Source of the DNA: an uncultured Gemmatimonadaceae bacterium
Lineage (GTDB): Bacteria > Gemmatimonadota > Gemmatimonadetes > Gemmatimonadales > Gemmatimonadaceae
Assembly: GCA_963829055.1 (NCBI GenBank)
Contig: CAWHHI010000007.1
Coordinates: forward strand, 1-61,125
DNA length: 61,125 bases
Direction: 5' to 3'
Below are positions 44,935 to 55,015 of this stretch, in pieces. Numbering within the stretch: position 1 is the first letter of the stretch; every line of letters begins with the position of its first letter. Below the pieces are notes generated by a model. It did not search any database. It was not told where the DNA came from and saw only the letters and a program-made list of their open reading frames with translations. The translations under genes were made by a program, and so were the position numbers.

Positions 44935-46331
44935 TTACGCCGACGCGGCCGCCACAGTGCCGCGCCGATGCTGCAGAATGCGCACGAACGACCGGCCGCG
45001 AAGCTCGTCGAGCGTCACGCCGGTCATGGCGACCGCCTCTTCTTCCGTGAGCGCGCCGCAGTTGATCGCGCGGAAGAAGAAGTTGAGCAGTCCCTGACCC
45101 GTCGCGGCGTCGTCGAACACATCGCCGACGAGCGTCGCCTGCGCCGCCCGTTCCACGAAGTTGCGGAGCCGCGCGCCCTGCTGCTCGAGCCCGGTGAGGA
45201 AGAAGGTGTAGACCGCTGCATAACGCGTCACGAGCTGCGCCGGATGCAGGTCCCAGCCCTGATAGAACCCCGCCTCGAGCGAGTGGCGCACGTCGTCGTA
45301 GTGCATCCGCCACGCGTTATGCACGCTCGCGCGGTTCTCGGCCGTCTGTGCCTGGCGACAGGGCAGGCGCCGTCGGCTCGCCCGTCGGTGAATCGGCACG
45401 GGCATGACGGTCGTGGAGCCGTCGGACAGCCAGACGCCCGTGCCGGCGAGCGCGACCTGCATGACGCTCTTCGCGAAGTCGCACGCGATGTGACGCATGC
45501 GCTGGTACGCCGCGGTGATGTTGAGCGACGCCGTGTAGTCGTACGTGCCGAAGTGCGCGCCCGTGAGGCGACCGCGCCCGGCGTCGATGAGCAACGGCAG
45601 CAGCGAGCGTCCGTTCGCATCGATGATGAGCTGCGGCGTCTCGACCATCGCCTCGAACCGGAGCGACCCGGCGGCGAGCCCGAGTCGCGGCTCGAGCTGC
45701 TCGAGCACGTCGACGAACGCCGTGACCTGCTCGACGGACGGAGATCTTCGGCAGCGTGACGACGAAGCGCTCGGGGAGCCGGCCGGCATCCCGAACGAGC
45801 GTCGTCAGGAAGATGTCGAGCGTCCGCAGGCTCCGCGCGTGCAGCTCGGCTGTCAGTGGCTTGACGCGCAATGCCGATGAACGGCGAGAGCGTGTTCTCT
45901 CGCATCGCCGCGCGCGACCTCACGCGCACCGGCCGCGGCGTGACCATCTTCCTCGGCGTCGGGTCTAACGCCGTACCCGTCTTCGTAGTCGATGCGAAAA
46001 TCCTCGACGGCCTCGCGCTGGAGCTTGTCGCGCACGCGGGGTGGACGGACTGCGCGAGGCGAATGTCGCGGTCGTCGCTATCCGAGGAGAGACCGATCGC
46101 TTCGGCGAGCGAGCGCGCGTCGGGCGCGTACTCGTCCATCGCGCGTCGAGCGAGCTGGCCGAGCTTGGGGACGGTGTCGGCGGTGAAGAGCTGCGCGCCG
46201 CCGTACACGGTGTGAACGGGCTGCCGAGCTCCGGATTCGCCGGGGTAGCGCCGAGCGAGCTCGGCGTTGACTGGCTGAAGGCGCGCGATGATGGGCGCGA
46301 GGTTGTCCCGCGTGAGCGACGTATCGGTCAT
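44935..46331 (-). CDS. CitE/HpcH-fold aldolase/lyase-like protein (DUF6986-like; frameshifted)
   Basis: RQPVHTVYGGA, EDFRIDYEDGYG, HFGTYDYTA, LSDGST, YQGWDLHPAQL, FDDAATGQ. Confidence 0.8.
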
Positions 46332-46374
46332 GCGAGGGATTCTCGTCGCGGCGATGACTCTACGCAACCGGCTT

Positions 46375-46509
46375 GTCATTCCGAGCGGAGCGCCGGAGGC
46401 GCGCAGTCGAGGAATCGCGATCGTACCGGTAGAGGGGCCCCTCGTCGGGACGATCGCGATTCCTCGACTCGCGCGCTCGCTCGGAATGACGCCTCCGCTC
46501 GGAATGACA
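46375..46509. repeat. GTCATTCCGAGCG-type hairpin, copy 3
   Basis: Same arms and AGAGGGGCCCCTC core as 16504 and 24020; doubled right arm. Confidence 0.85.
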
Positions 46510-46560
46510 CCCGGACCACTACTTTGTCGTTCTGCCATCTGTGCCACGAACCCGCCGAAC

Positions 46561-47559
46561 ATGAGCCCAGCCAACATCGTCGTCGAAGGCCTAACGAAAT
46601 CGTTCCGCGTTGCCGAACGGAGAACGGGCGCGCTCGGCAGGCTTACCGGCCTGTTCGCGCGACGCTACCGAACGGTCGACGCCCTCAAGGGCATCGACTT
46701 CGCCCTCGACGAAGGCGAGCTGCTCGGGCTCATCGGGCCTGAACGGTGCCGGGAAGTCGACGACCATCAAGATCCTGTGCGGCATTCTCGAGCCGACGGC
46801 CGGGCGTTGCGAGGTCGGCGGCCTGGTGCCGTGGCGCGAGCGCATCACGCACGTCGCGCGCATCGGCGCCGTGTTCGGCCAGCGCACGCAGCTGTGGTGG
46901 GATCTCCCCGTCGTCGAGAGCTTCGAGCTGCTGCGCGACATCTACCGCGTGGCGCCAGACCGGTATCGCAAGACGCGTGACGAGCTGATCGCTCTGCTCG
47001 ATCTCGAGCGACTGCTCGTCCACGCCGGTGCGTCAGCTTTCACTCGGCCAGCGCATGCGATGCGAGATCGCCGCCAGCATGCTGCACGAGCCGCGCGTGC
47101 TGTTCCTGGACGAGCCGACGATCGGCCTCGACGCCGTCGCGAAGCTGGCCGTCCGCGAGTTCGTGAAGACGCTGAATCGCGAGCGCGGCGTCACGGTCAT
47201 CCTCACGACACACGACATGCAGGACGTCGAAGCGCTGGCCGAGCGGGTGATCGTGATCGGGAAGGGCGTGATCCTCGCGGACGGCAGTCTGTCCTCGCTC
47301 CGTCGCGGCGCGCTCGCCGAGCGGAGATTGTGGGTGCACTTCGCGGGCGACGTGGCGACGGTGGACGTGCCCGGCGCGACCGTCCGCCAGCGACGGGCGC
47401 GCTCGGTGGAGTTGGCGTTCGACCCGCGCGTCACGTCGGCGCATCGAGCTGATCGCGCACGTGGCCTCCGCGTACGACGTCGAGGACGTGCACCTCGAGG
47501 AGCCGCCGATCGAGGAAGTCATCGCGCGGTTCTACGCGCTGCACTCGGTCGAGTCGTGA
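46561..47559 (+). CDS. ABC transporter ATP-binding subunit (frameshifted)
   Basis: NGAGKSTTIK, FGQRTQLWWDLP, LSLGQRMR, LFLDEPT, TTHD. Confidence 0.9.
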
Positions 47560-48398
47560 TGGGTATCGCGATGGGCGCGGGCTGCGCCCGTACCAGGCCG
47601 TGTTCCGCGCGCGCTTCCACCTGCTGCTGCAGTATCGGGCGGCGGCGCTGGCGGGATTCGTCACGCAGTGCTGGTGGGGCGCGCTCAAGATCATGGTGCT
47701 CGCCGCATTCTTCCGTGGGGCAGCCTCGATCGCCGATGACGATACAGCAGGCGATCGACTACATCTGGCTCGGGCAGGCGCTCCTCACGCTGCTGCCGTG
47801 GTCGGCGGACCCGGAGATCGCGCGCATGGTCCGTTCGGGCGACGTCGCGTACGAACGACTCCGCCCACTCGATACGTACGCCTTCTGGTATGCACGGGCG
47901 GTCGCGCGGCGCACCGCGACGCCACTCCTGCGCGCGATCCCCATGGTGATCACGGCCGGGCTGGTGCTGCGCTTGTTAGGCATGTCGCGATGGGGGCTGT
48001 CCGGCCCGGCCGGATGGGACGCCGCGCTGTTGTTCTGCGCGTCGATGGTGCTCGTGGTCGCGCTGTCGACCGCGGTCGCGACGCTGATGGACATCCTCGA
48101 CCGTCGCGACGCTGTCGGATCGCGGCGTGAACACACTCATCGGGCCGCTGATCATCGTGTTCTCCGGGAGTCTGGTGCCGCTGCCGCTGTTCCCGGATTG
48201 GCTGCAGCGCGGACTGCGCTCTGCAGCCGTTCGCCGGGCTGATCGACATACCGTTTCGCATCTACAGCGGACACCTGAGCGGCCGCGGCCGCGGCGAGTG
48301 GTCTCGTCAGGCAGGCGGTGTGGGTCGTCGCTGATCGTCCTCATCGGGCGCTGCTCATGGCGCGCGTGATGGCGCGGCTGCAGACGCAGGGCGGGTGA
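47559..48398 (+). CDS. ABC-2 type permease subunit 1 (frameshifted)
   Basis: YIWLGQA, VRSGDVAYERLRPLD, FSGSLVPLPLFPDW. Confidence 0.85.
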
Positions 48399-48400
48399 CC

Positions 48401-49204
48401 GTGAACGCGTTTCGTCTCTACGGTCGCTACGTCGGCGTGTCGCTCCGCAGCCAGATGCAGTACCGCGGGTCGTTCATCGCTGACGTCCATCGGCGCCTTC
48501 GCCGCGACCATCACGGACTTCATTGCGATCTGGGCGCTGTTCGCGCGGTTCCGGCAGATCGAGGGGTGGCGGTTCGAGGAGGTCGCGCTGCTCTACGGCG
48601 TGATCAGCGTGTCGTTCGCGATTGCGGATGCGCTGACGCGCGGCTTCGACATCTTCGGCGAGCAGTTCGTCAAGACGGGCGACTTCGATCGCCTGCTCGT
48701 ACGTCCGCGATCGACGGTGCTCCAGCTCCTCGGGCTACGAGCTCCGCGCGACGCGCATTGGCCGACTCGCGCAGGGGATGCTCGCGTGGGGCGTCGGGAT
48801 GCACCTCACCGGCATCGACTGGACGCTGGCGACGTGGGGGACGCTGCTGTTCGCGGTGGCGGGCGGCGTCGCGCTGTTCGCGGGCATTCTGGTGCTGCAG
48901 GCGACGCTCGCGTTCTGGACGGTGGAGAGTCTCGAGGTCGCGAACACGCTGACGTACGGTGGCGTGGAAGCGGCGCAGTATCCGCTGGACATTTACGCGC
49001 GTTGGTTCCGAGCATTCCTGACGTTCGTGGTGCCGCTCGGGTGCGTGTCGTACTACCCGGTGGCCGCGGTGCTCGGGCATGTGGAGGCGACGGGGTCGTC
49101 GGCGTGGCTGCGGTTCACTCCCGCGTTAGGGTTCGTGTTCCTCGGCGCTGGCGATGTTCGTGTGGCGGTACGGCGTGCGGCGATACACGTCGACGGGGAG
49201 TTGA
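48401..49204 (+). CDS. ABC-2 type permease subunit 2 (frameshifted)
   Basis: SQMQYRGSF, GDFDRLLVRP, QYPLDIY..FLTFVVP, RRYTSTGS. Confidence 0.85.
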
Positions 49205-49300
49205 TTGCTGGCGTGCTGCTGGCTGCTCTTGCATCGGCGCGCGCGGGGCTGGTCGGGATCGTCGCGGCGCTAGGCGCGGGCACTCGGCTCCGGTGGCCAC

Positions 49301-49736
49301 GCGCTTACACGCCTCGAGCCGGCGGGTACCGAACTCCGTGTCGGTAGAGTGGCTCGGCCCCGCCGTCTCGGGGCTACGCGCGAGGCCCCCTACGCCGAGC
49401 GCCCGCGCCCCACGGTCATGGCACGCTCGCGGGGCCGGCCGCTCGTCACCCACGACGCATCGCGACCCCGCTTCGCGCGCCGCTCCGCGGCGCGCCCAGC
49501 AACCAGCGAGCAGCAAGTCCGTGCACCACAGACTCGCGGAGCTGGCGCGCGTCGCGCGTTGGGGCGCGGACTTGCTGGGTGCTGCGCGCTGTTCGCCCTG
49601 ACGGTCGGGATGCGTACCAGGAGGCGGGGGTGTCGCGTCGTAGGCGTCGTTGGCGCGTAGCCCCGAGACGAGGGGGCCGAGCCAGCGTAGCCGTAACGCG
49701 GAGTCCGGTACCCGTCGGCTCGAGGCGTGTAAGCGC
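49301..49736. repeat. Long inverted-repeat element (~82-bp arms, ~270-bp spacer)
   Basis: 49301-49381 is a near reverse complement of 49654-49736 (GCGCTTACACGCCTCGAGCCG.CGGGTACCG..TGGCTCGGCCCC..CGTCTCGGGGCTACGCGC). Confidence 0.85.
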
Positions 49737-49855
49737 CTACGGCGCCGGAGACGCGATACCCCCGCCGACAAGACAGCGATCCCGAACAAACAAAAGCCCG
49801 CCGCGACCGAGAACAGCGCGGCGGGCCAGAAGCGAAGCAAGTAGCCATCAAGCCA

Positions 49856-52151
49856 TCACGCCCACTTCAGATCCTGCTTCGACAGCGGCAGCGAGCGCAC
49901 CCGCTTGCCCGTCACCGCGAAGATCGCCGAGCACAGCGCGGGAACCACCGGCGGCAGCGCGGGCTCGCCGAGGCCCGTCGGCGGATTCTCCGTGATCTTG
50001 AAGTGCACTTCCACCGGCGGCGCCTGACGCAGACGCAGCAGCGGGAACGTGTTGAAGTTCGACTGCACCGTCGCGCCCGTTCTCGATCGTGATCTCCTGG
50101 CCTAGCGCCTCGGCGATCCCGTCGAGCACCGCGCCCTGCACCTGGTTCTCGGCGTTGAGCGGGTTGATGATCTGGCTGCCGACGTCGCCCGCCACCCAGA
50201 CCTTGTCGACCTTCACCGTGCCGTCCTTGCGCGACCGTCGCCTGCACGACCTCGGCGAAGTAGCCGCGGTGGCTGAAGTGGAACGCGACGCCCATGCCCG
50301 TGCCCTTCGGCAGCGTCGTCTTGCCCCAGCCCGACTTGTCGCGCACGAGCTCGAGCACGCCGCGCATGCGCGCCGCCTCGAAGCCCGGCGGCTGCGCCGG
50401 CCGGGCCGGGGTCCTGCGAGACCGGCGTGTTCGCCAGCATGTCGAGGCGGAACTGCAGCGGATCCTTGCCCGCCGCGTGCCGCGAGCTCGTCGATGAACG
50501 ACTGCGTCGCGAACGCGATGCCGTTGCTGCCCGGCGCGCGCAGCGCGCCCGTCGGGACGCCGAACGGCATCACCGACGTGTCGAGCGCGAAGTTCGGGAT
50601 GAAGCGGGCCGGGAACTCCGTGCCGCCGATGCCCGCGCTCGCCGCGAACGGCGCGCCGCCCTGCGCCGGCGGCGCCGCCATCTTCTCCGGATCGCCGAAC
50701 GACACGAAGTGGTTGCGCCACGCGACGAGCTTGCCGCTCGCGTCGACGCGCGCCCTTGAGGTAGTGAAAGCCCGCCGGACGGTAGAAGTCGTGCTGCATG
50801 TCGTCTTCGCGCGTCCACAGCAGCTTCACCGGCACGCCGGCCTGCTTCGCGATCCACGCCGCCTCGACCATGTAGTCGTTGTTGAGCCGACGGCCGAAGC
50901 CGCCGCCGCCGCGCGAGCATGTGGATCGTGATGTCGGTGTCCTTGATGCCTAACGTCTGCGCGCACGAGCGCGCGACCGGCTCCGGCGTCTGCGACGGCG
51001 CCCAGATCTCGAGCTTGCCGTCCTTGAAGCTGCGCCGTGCAGTTCTGCGGCTCGAGCGGCGCGTGCGCGATGAACGGATAGAAGTACGCCGCTTCGACGA
51101 TCTTGCGCGCCGCTCTTGAACGCGGCATCGACGTCGCCGTCCTTCCGGAGCGACCGCTGCGGCGCCTTCTTCGACAGCTCGGCCGCCTGCGCGGCGAAGC
51201 TCGCGCTGCTCTGCGCCGCCGTCGGGTGCTCCTCCCACGTGACCTTGAGCTTCGCGCGCGCGGTCTTGCGCCGCCCACCAGTTGTCGGCGACGATCGCCA
51301 CGCCGCCTAACAAGCCCGGCGAGCTGCGTGCCGCCGTCGACGACGAACGCGTGCTTGACGCCCGGCTCCTTCTTGATCTCGTCGAGGTTCGCGGTCTTCA
51401 CCTTCGCCGCGAACACCGGCGACTTCTCGAACACCGCGTACAGCATGCCCGGCACCGTGACGTCGATGCCGAAGAGCGGCTTGCCCGTCACGATCGCGTG
51501 GTTGTCCACGCCCGGCACGCCCTTGCCGATGATCGTGAAGTCCTTCGGATCCTTGAGCTTCACCGTCGTCGAGATCGGGCGCGGTGAGCGTCGCGGCCTT
51601 CGTCGCGAGCTCGCCGTAGCCGATCGTCGCGATTGCTCGCCGTGTGCACGACCGTGCCCGCGCTCGTCGTGAGCTCCGACTCCGGCACGTTCCACGTCTG
51701 CGCCGCGGCGCGTCACGAGCATCGCGCGCGCCGCCGCGCCGACGCGGCGCATCGGCATCCAGTTCGTCGGCGTCGCCGTGCTGCCGCCCGCGACCTGGCG
51801 CTGGTAGTTCACGGTGTCGAGCTTGCCCTGCTCGATCGCGCACCTTCGACCAGTCGACGTCGAGCTCGTCGGCGATCAGCATCGGCAGCATCGTCTTCAC
51901 GCCCTGACCGATCTCCGGGTTCTTCGCGATGATCGTGATCGATGCCGTCCGGCGTGATGCGGATGAACGCGTTAGGCCGGAAGTCGTCGGCCGTCTTGCC
52001 GGCGCGCCGGCCAGACGCGCGCTGGCGTTCGCGAACGGCTCGATGTACGTCGCCAGCAGCACGCCGCCGCCGGCGATGCGCGCTCACGCGCAGGAACTGG
52101 CGGCGATCCACGGGGTCGGGCGACTGGCGCCTTGGGGGTCTTGGTGTCCAT
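49856..52151 (-). CDS. Xanthine dehydrogenase-family Moco subunit (IorB-like), Tat-exported (frameshifted)
   Basis: [61 protein letters not shown]. Confidence 0.9.
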
Positions 52152-52162
52152 GGCGCGTCTCC

Positions 52163-52674
52163 TCAGTTGGCGTCGCCGGACTTGCCCGACCGACTCGCCG
52201 CGTTCGGCATCGGTCGCCGGCATCGCCGCCGCCTTGTGGATCGCCTCGCGAATGCGCAGGTACGTCGCCGCAGCGGCAGAGATTCCCGTTCATCGCCGTG
52301 TCGATGTCGGCGTCGCTCGGATTCGAGTTCTTCGCGAGCAGCGCCGCGGCCGACATGATCTGGCCCGCCTGGCAGTAGCCGCACTGCGGCACGTCCACCG
52401 CCTCCCAGGCGCGCTGCACGGGATGCGTGCCGTCGGTCGACAGGCCCTCGATGGTCGTGATCTCCGACGCCCGCCACGCGTCGACACCGGCGGTGCGGCA
52501 GGAGCGCGTCGGCGTGCCCTTCACGTGCACCGTGCACGCGCCGCACTGGCCGATGCCGCAGCCGAACTTCGTTCCCTTGAGATCGAGAACGTCGCGCAGC
52601 ACCCAGAGCAGCGGCATGTCGGGCGCGACATCCACCGTCGTGGATTTTCCGTTGACCTTGAACGTGAACGTCAT
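52163..52674 (-). CDS. 2Fe-2S small subunit (IorA-like; frameshifted)
   Basis: [36 protein letters not shown]. Confidence 0.93.
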
Positions 52675-52685
52675 GTGGGGAATTG

Positions 52686-52751
52686 GGGTCAGATTCGAAT
52701 TTCACTTCGAGCTGGACGCGATTGGAGTCGGACGAAATTCGAGTCTGACCC
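52686..52751. repeat. GGGGTCAGA-type inverted repeat
   Basis: GGGGTCAGATTCGAATTTC..GAAATTCGAGTCTGACCCC. Confidence 0.75.
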
Positions 52752-52763
52752 CATATCGTTCGC

Positions 52764-53829
52764 TTACTTCTTCACGTATCTCTTCAACGCGCGAGGGCCG
52801 ACTTCCGCTCCATAAATGTTGCCGGCTGCATCCACCGCAACGCCCTCGGCCGCGCTCGTGCTCGGTGGGTTCTCTGCCGGATCGGGGATGAAGGCCGTCA
52901 CCGTACCGTCCTTCGCGCTGCCGATGCGAATTCCCCGCTTCCAGTCCGTGCGTGGCTTGAAGACCGAGCCGGACTCCGAGTCCGCGACGTAGATGCGGTC
53001 CTGGCGGTCGATGAAGATGCCACTCGGCCGGCTGAACTGGTACCACGTATCGAGCAGCTTGCCGTTCTGATCGAAGATCTTGATGCGGTTGTTGCCGCGA
53101 TCGCCGACGAAGAGCCGCCCGCGCGAGTCCATTGCCAGCGCATGAGGCTGATCGAGCTCGTCGGGACCGCTGCCGAACTTGCCCCAGCGTCGCGATGAGC
53201 TTCCCGTCCTTCGAGAACTTCAGCACACGCGCGACAGACCCTGCGGACGACGAATGGCCCTCGGCCACGTAGATCTCGCCGTTAGGCGCGACGAGCACGT
53301 CGTTCGGCTGGTAGAAAAATCCCGAATCGGTCGCGCCGGCGCCGCCAGCCTTGCCGAGCGTCATGAGTAACTTGCCGTCGGGGCTGAACTTGAAGATCTG
53401 ATGGCCCGCCGGAGGATTCGCCGGCTGGGCAGAGCGGCCGAGGGTGCAGGCACAGTCGGTGACCCAGACGTTGCCCTCTCGATCGACGTCGATGCCATGT
53501 GGCGAGAGGATCAGCCCGGCACCGAACGACTTCACGACCGCGCCGGTCGCGTCGAACAGGTAGACCGACGGAAGCGGCGATCCGGCACACGCGTTCGCGC
53601 CGCAGCGTTCGGCCACCCAGACGCCCTTGCCGTCGGGGGCAATCGCGACGGCGCTGGTCGAGCCCCACGCTCGATCGCCCGGAAGCTTGGCCCAGCCCTC
53701 GACCGTGCGATACGGGTTGGGCAGATCGTTGACGGGCTTGGGCGCGGCCTGGGCACCGCTGGCCGACCCGGCGACGAGCGTGGCGACCGCCACAATGAGA
53801 TAGCGTGTCGGGCGACGTACGAGGGGCAT
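52764..53829 (-). CDS. Secreted NHL-repeat, peptidyl-alpha-hydroxyglycine lyase-like protein (frameshift near 53170)
   Basis: NPYRTVEGWAKLP, PHGIDVD, FYQPNDV..IYVAEGH, LFVGDRGNNRI; signal peptide. Confidence 0.85.
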
Positions 53830-53985
53830 CCGGATCTCTCCCGCAAACAGGGGCAGAGCGCGTCGAGCGCGCAGGGGTCCCTGAATCAACGGCATCGACA
53901 ATAGGAGAGGCAAGACCGCAACGTCAGGGAAGGGCCAGCCGTAGCGCGTACAGGCCGTTGTATCGAACGGTCGGAGCCGGCCCGG

Positions 53986-54354
53986 ATGCAGCTCGTGGCC
54001 ACGATCCGGACGCAAGGCGATGCGAGCGCGCTCATTCCCGTGCTCCGCGATCGCCTGCGGACGCTCGCGCCCGATTCACCAGCCAGAATCTCGACGCTCG
54101 ACGAACGGATTCAGCGAAGCGCGGCGGACCGACGGTTCGCAATGTTCGCGCTCACGGCGTTCGGCGTGATCGCGCTGGTGTTGGCCGGTATCGGCATCTA
54201 CGGAGTCATGTCGTACACGGTCGTCACACGCACGCGCGAGATCGGGATCCGGATGGCGCTTGGTGCCGCACCGGGCGTGGTACGGAGGGAGGTCATGCGC
54301 GGGGCGACATCGATGGCGCTCGGCGGCATTGCTGCCGGCACGAGCGACGGGTGA
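53986..54354 (+). pseudogene. Internal remnant of an ADOP permease
   Basis: ALVLAGIGIYGVMSYTVVTRTREIGIRMALGA (second FtsX domain), truncated at both ends. Confidence 0.8.
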
Positions 54355-54361
54355 CCCGGGA

Positions 54362-54560
54362 GTTGCCGGGATCTTCTCGGCGGCCTGGCCAGTCACTCAG
54401 CAACTCAGTTTTTAGTAGGAGGTGTCACGCATCAGTCTCCGAGCCCAGTCGGCAGTGCGCCGCCCACGCGCGACCCAAGCCGGCGGATACGGGACCTGAT
54501 GCCTGACACCTCGTGCTGACGTGACTGACGCACTTGGTACTGGCCTTGCCGCCGCCGGAT
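54362..54560. repeat. ~200-bp dispersed long-hairpin element, copy 2 (inverted relative to 38660)
   Basis: AGGTGTCACGCATCAGTCTCCGAGCCCAGT..CGACCCAAGCCGGCGGATACGGGACCTGATGCCTGACACCT..CTGACGCACTTGGTACT. Confidence 0.8.
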
Positions 54561-54682
54561 GTCTGTCCCGGGTTCGCGGTTTACCACGGCGTACCGCGAC
54601 TTGGCCCAGCTGACGCGAGCTTCGCAACCATCGGCTGGTTTCCGGTGTCGTAGATCGTATATAACGTCACCTTATACCGCCG

Positions 54683-55015
54683 ATGCCTCCTCGCCAGCTT
54701 CCCCCGCTCTCGCATCTCCAGTTCCTCGCCCTCGGCGTTCTGCTGTCCAGCGAGGAGCCCGGCCGTGTCATTCGCGACGTCGTCACCGACTTCGGCGTAG
54801 GACGCACCGGCGCCGCGTTCTACCAGCTCATGGCGCGCCTCGAGCGCGATGGACTGATCGACGGCTGGTATGAGCCCGTGGTCGTCGGCGACCAGACCGT
54901 GCGCGAGCGACGCTATCGCATCACCGCTGCGGGCAGTCGCGCATGGCGGCAGACGCGCGCGTTCTACGAGACGGTCGCCGCCGCGGCCGCCCAGGGACGG
55001 CTGAGCAATGCCTGA
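54683..55015 (+). CDS. PadR-like winged-helix regulator
   Basis: AFYQLMARLERDGLIDG..ERRYRITAAG; overlaps the ADOP start; TATAA-N7-TTATA palindrome just upstream. Confidence 0.8.
   Translation: MPPRQLPPLSHLQFLALGVLLSSEEPGRVIRDVVTDFGVGRTGAAFYQLMARLERDGLIDGWYEPVVVGDQTVRERRYRITAAGSRAWRQTRAFYETVAAAAAQGRLSNA

Noticed and set aside
40157..52674. Programmed frameshifting or phase variation in the purine cluster
   Set aside because: Shifts are numerous and scattered, without consistent slippery or tandem-repeat sites; sequencing error is simpler.
49856..52674. Calling the Moco pair xanthine dehydrogenase xdhAB
   Set aside because: The architecture is IorAB-like with a Tat signal and no FAD subunit; substrate cannot be assigned from sequence.
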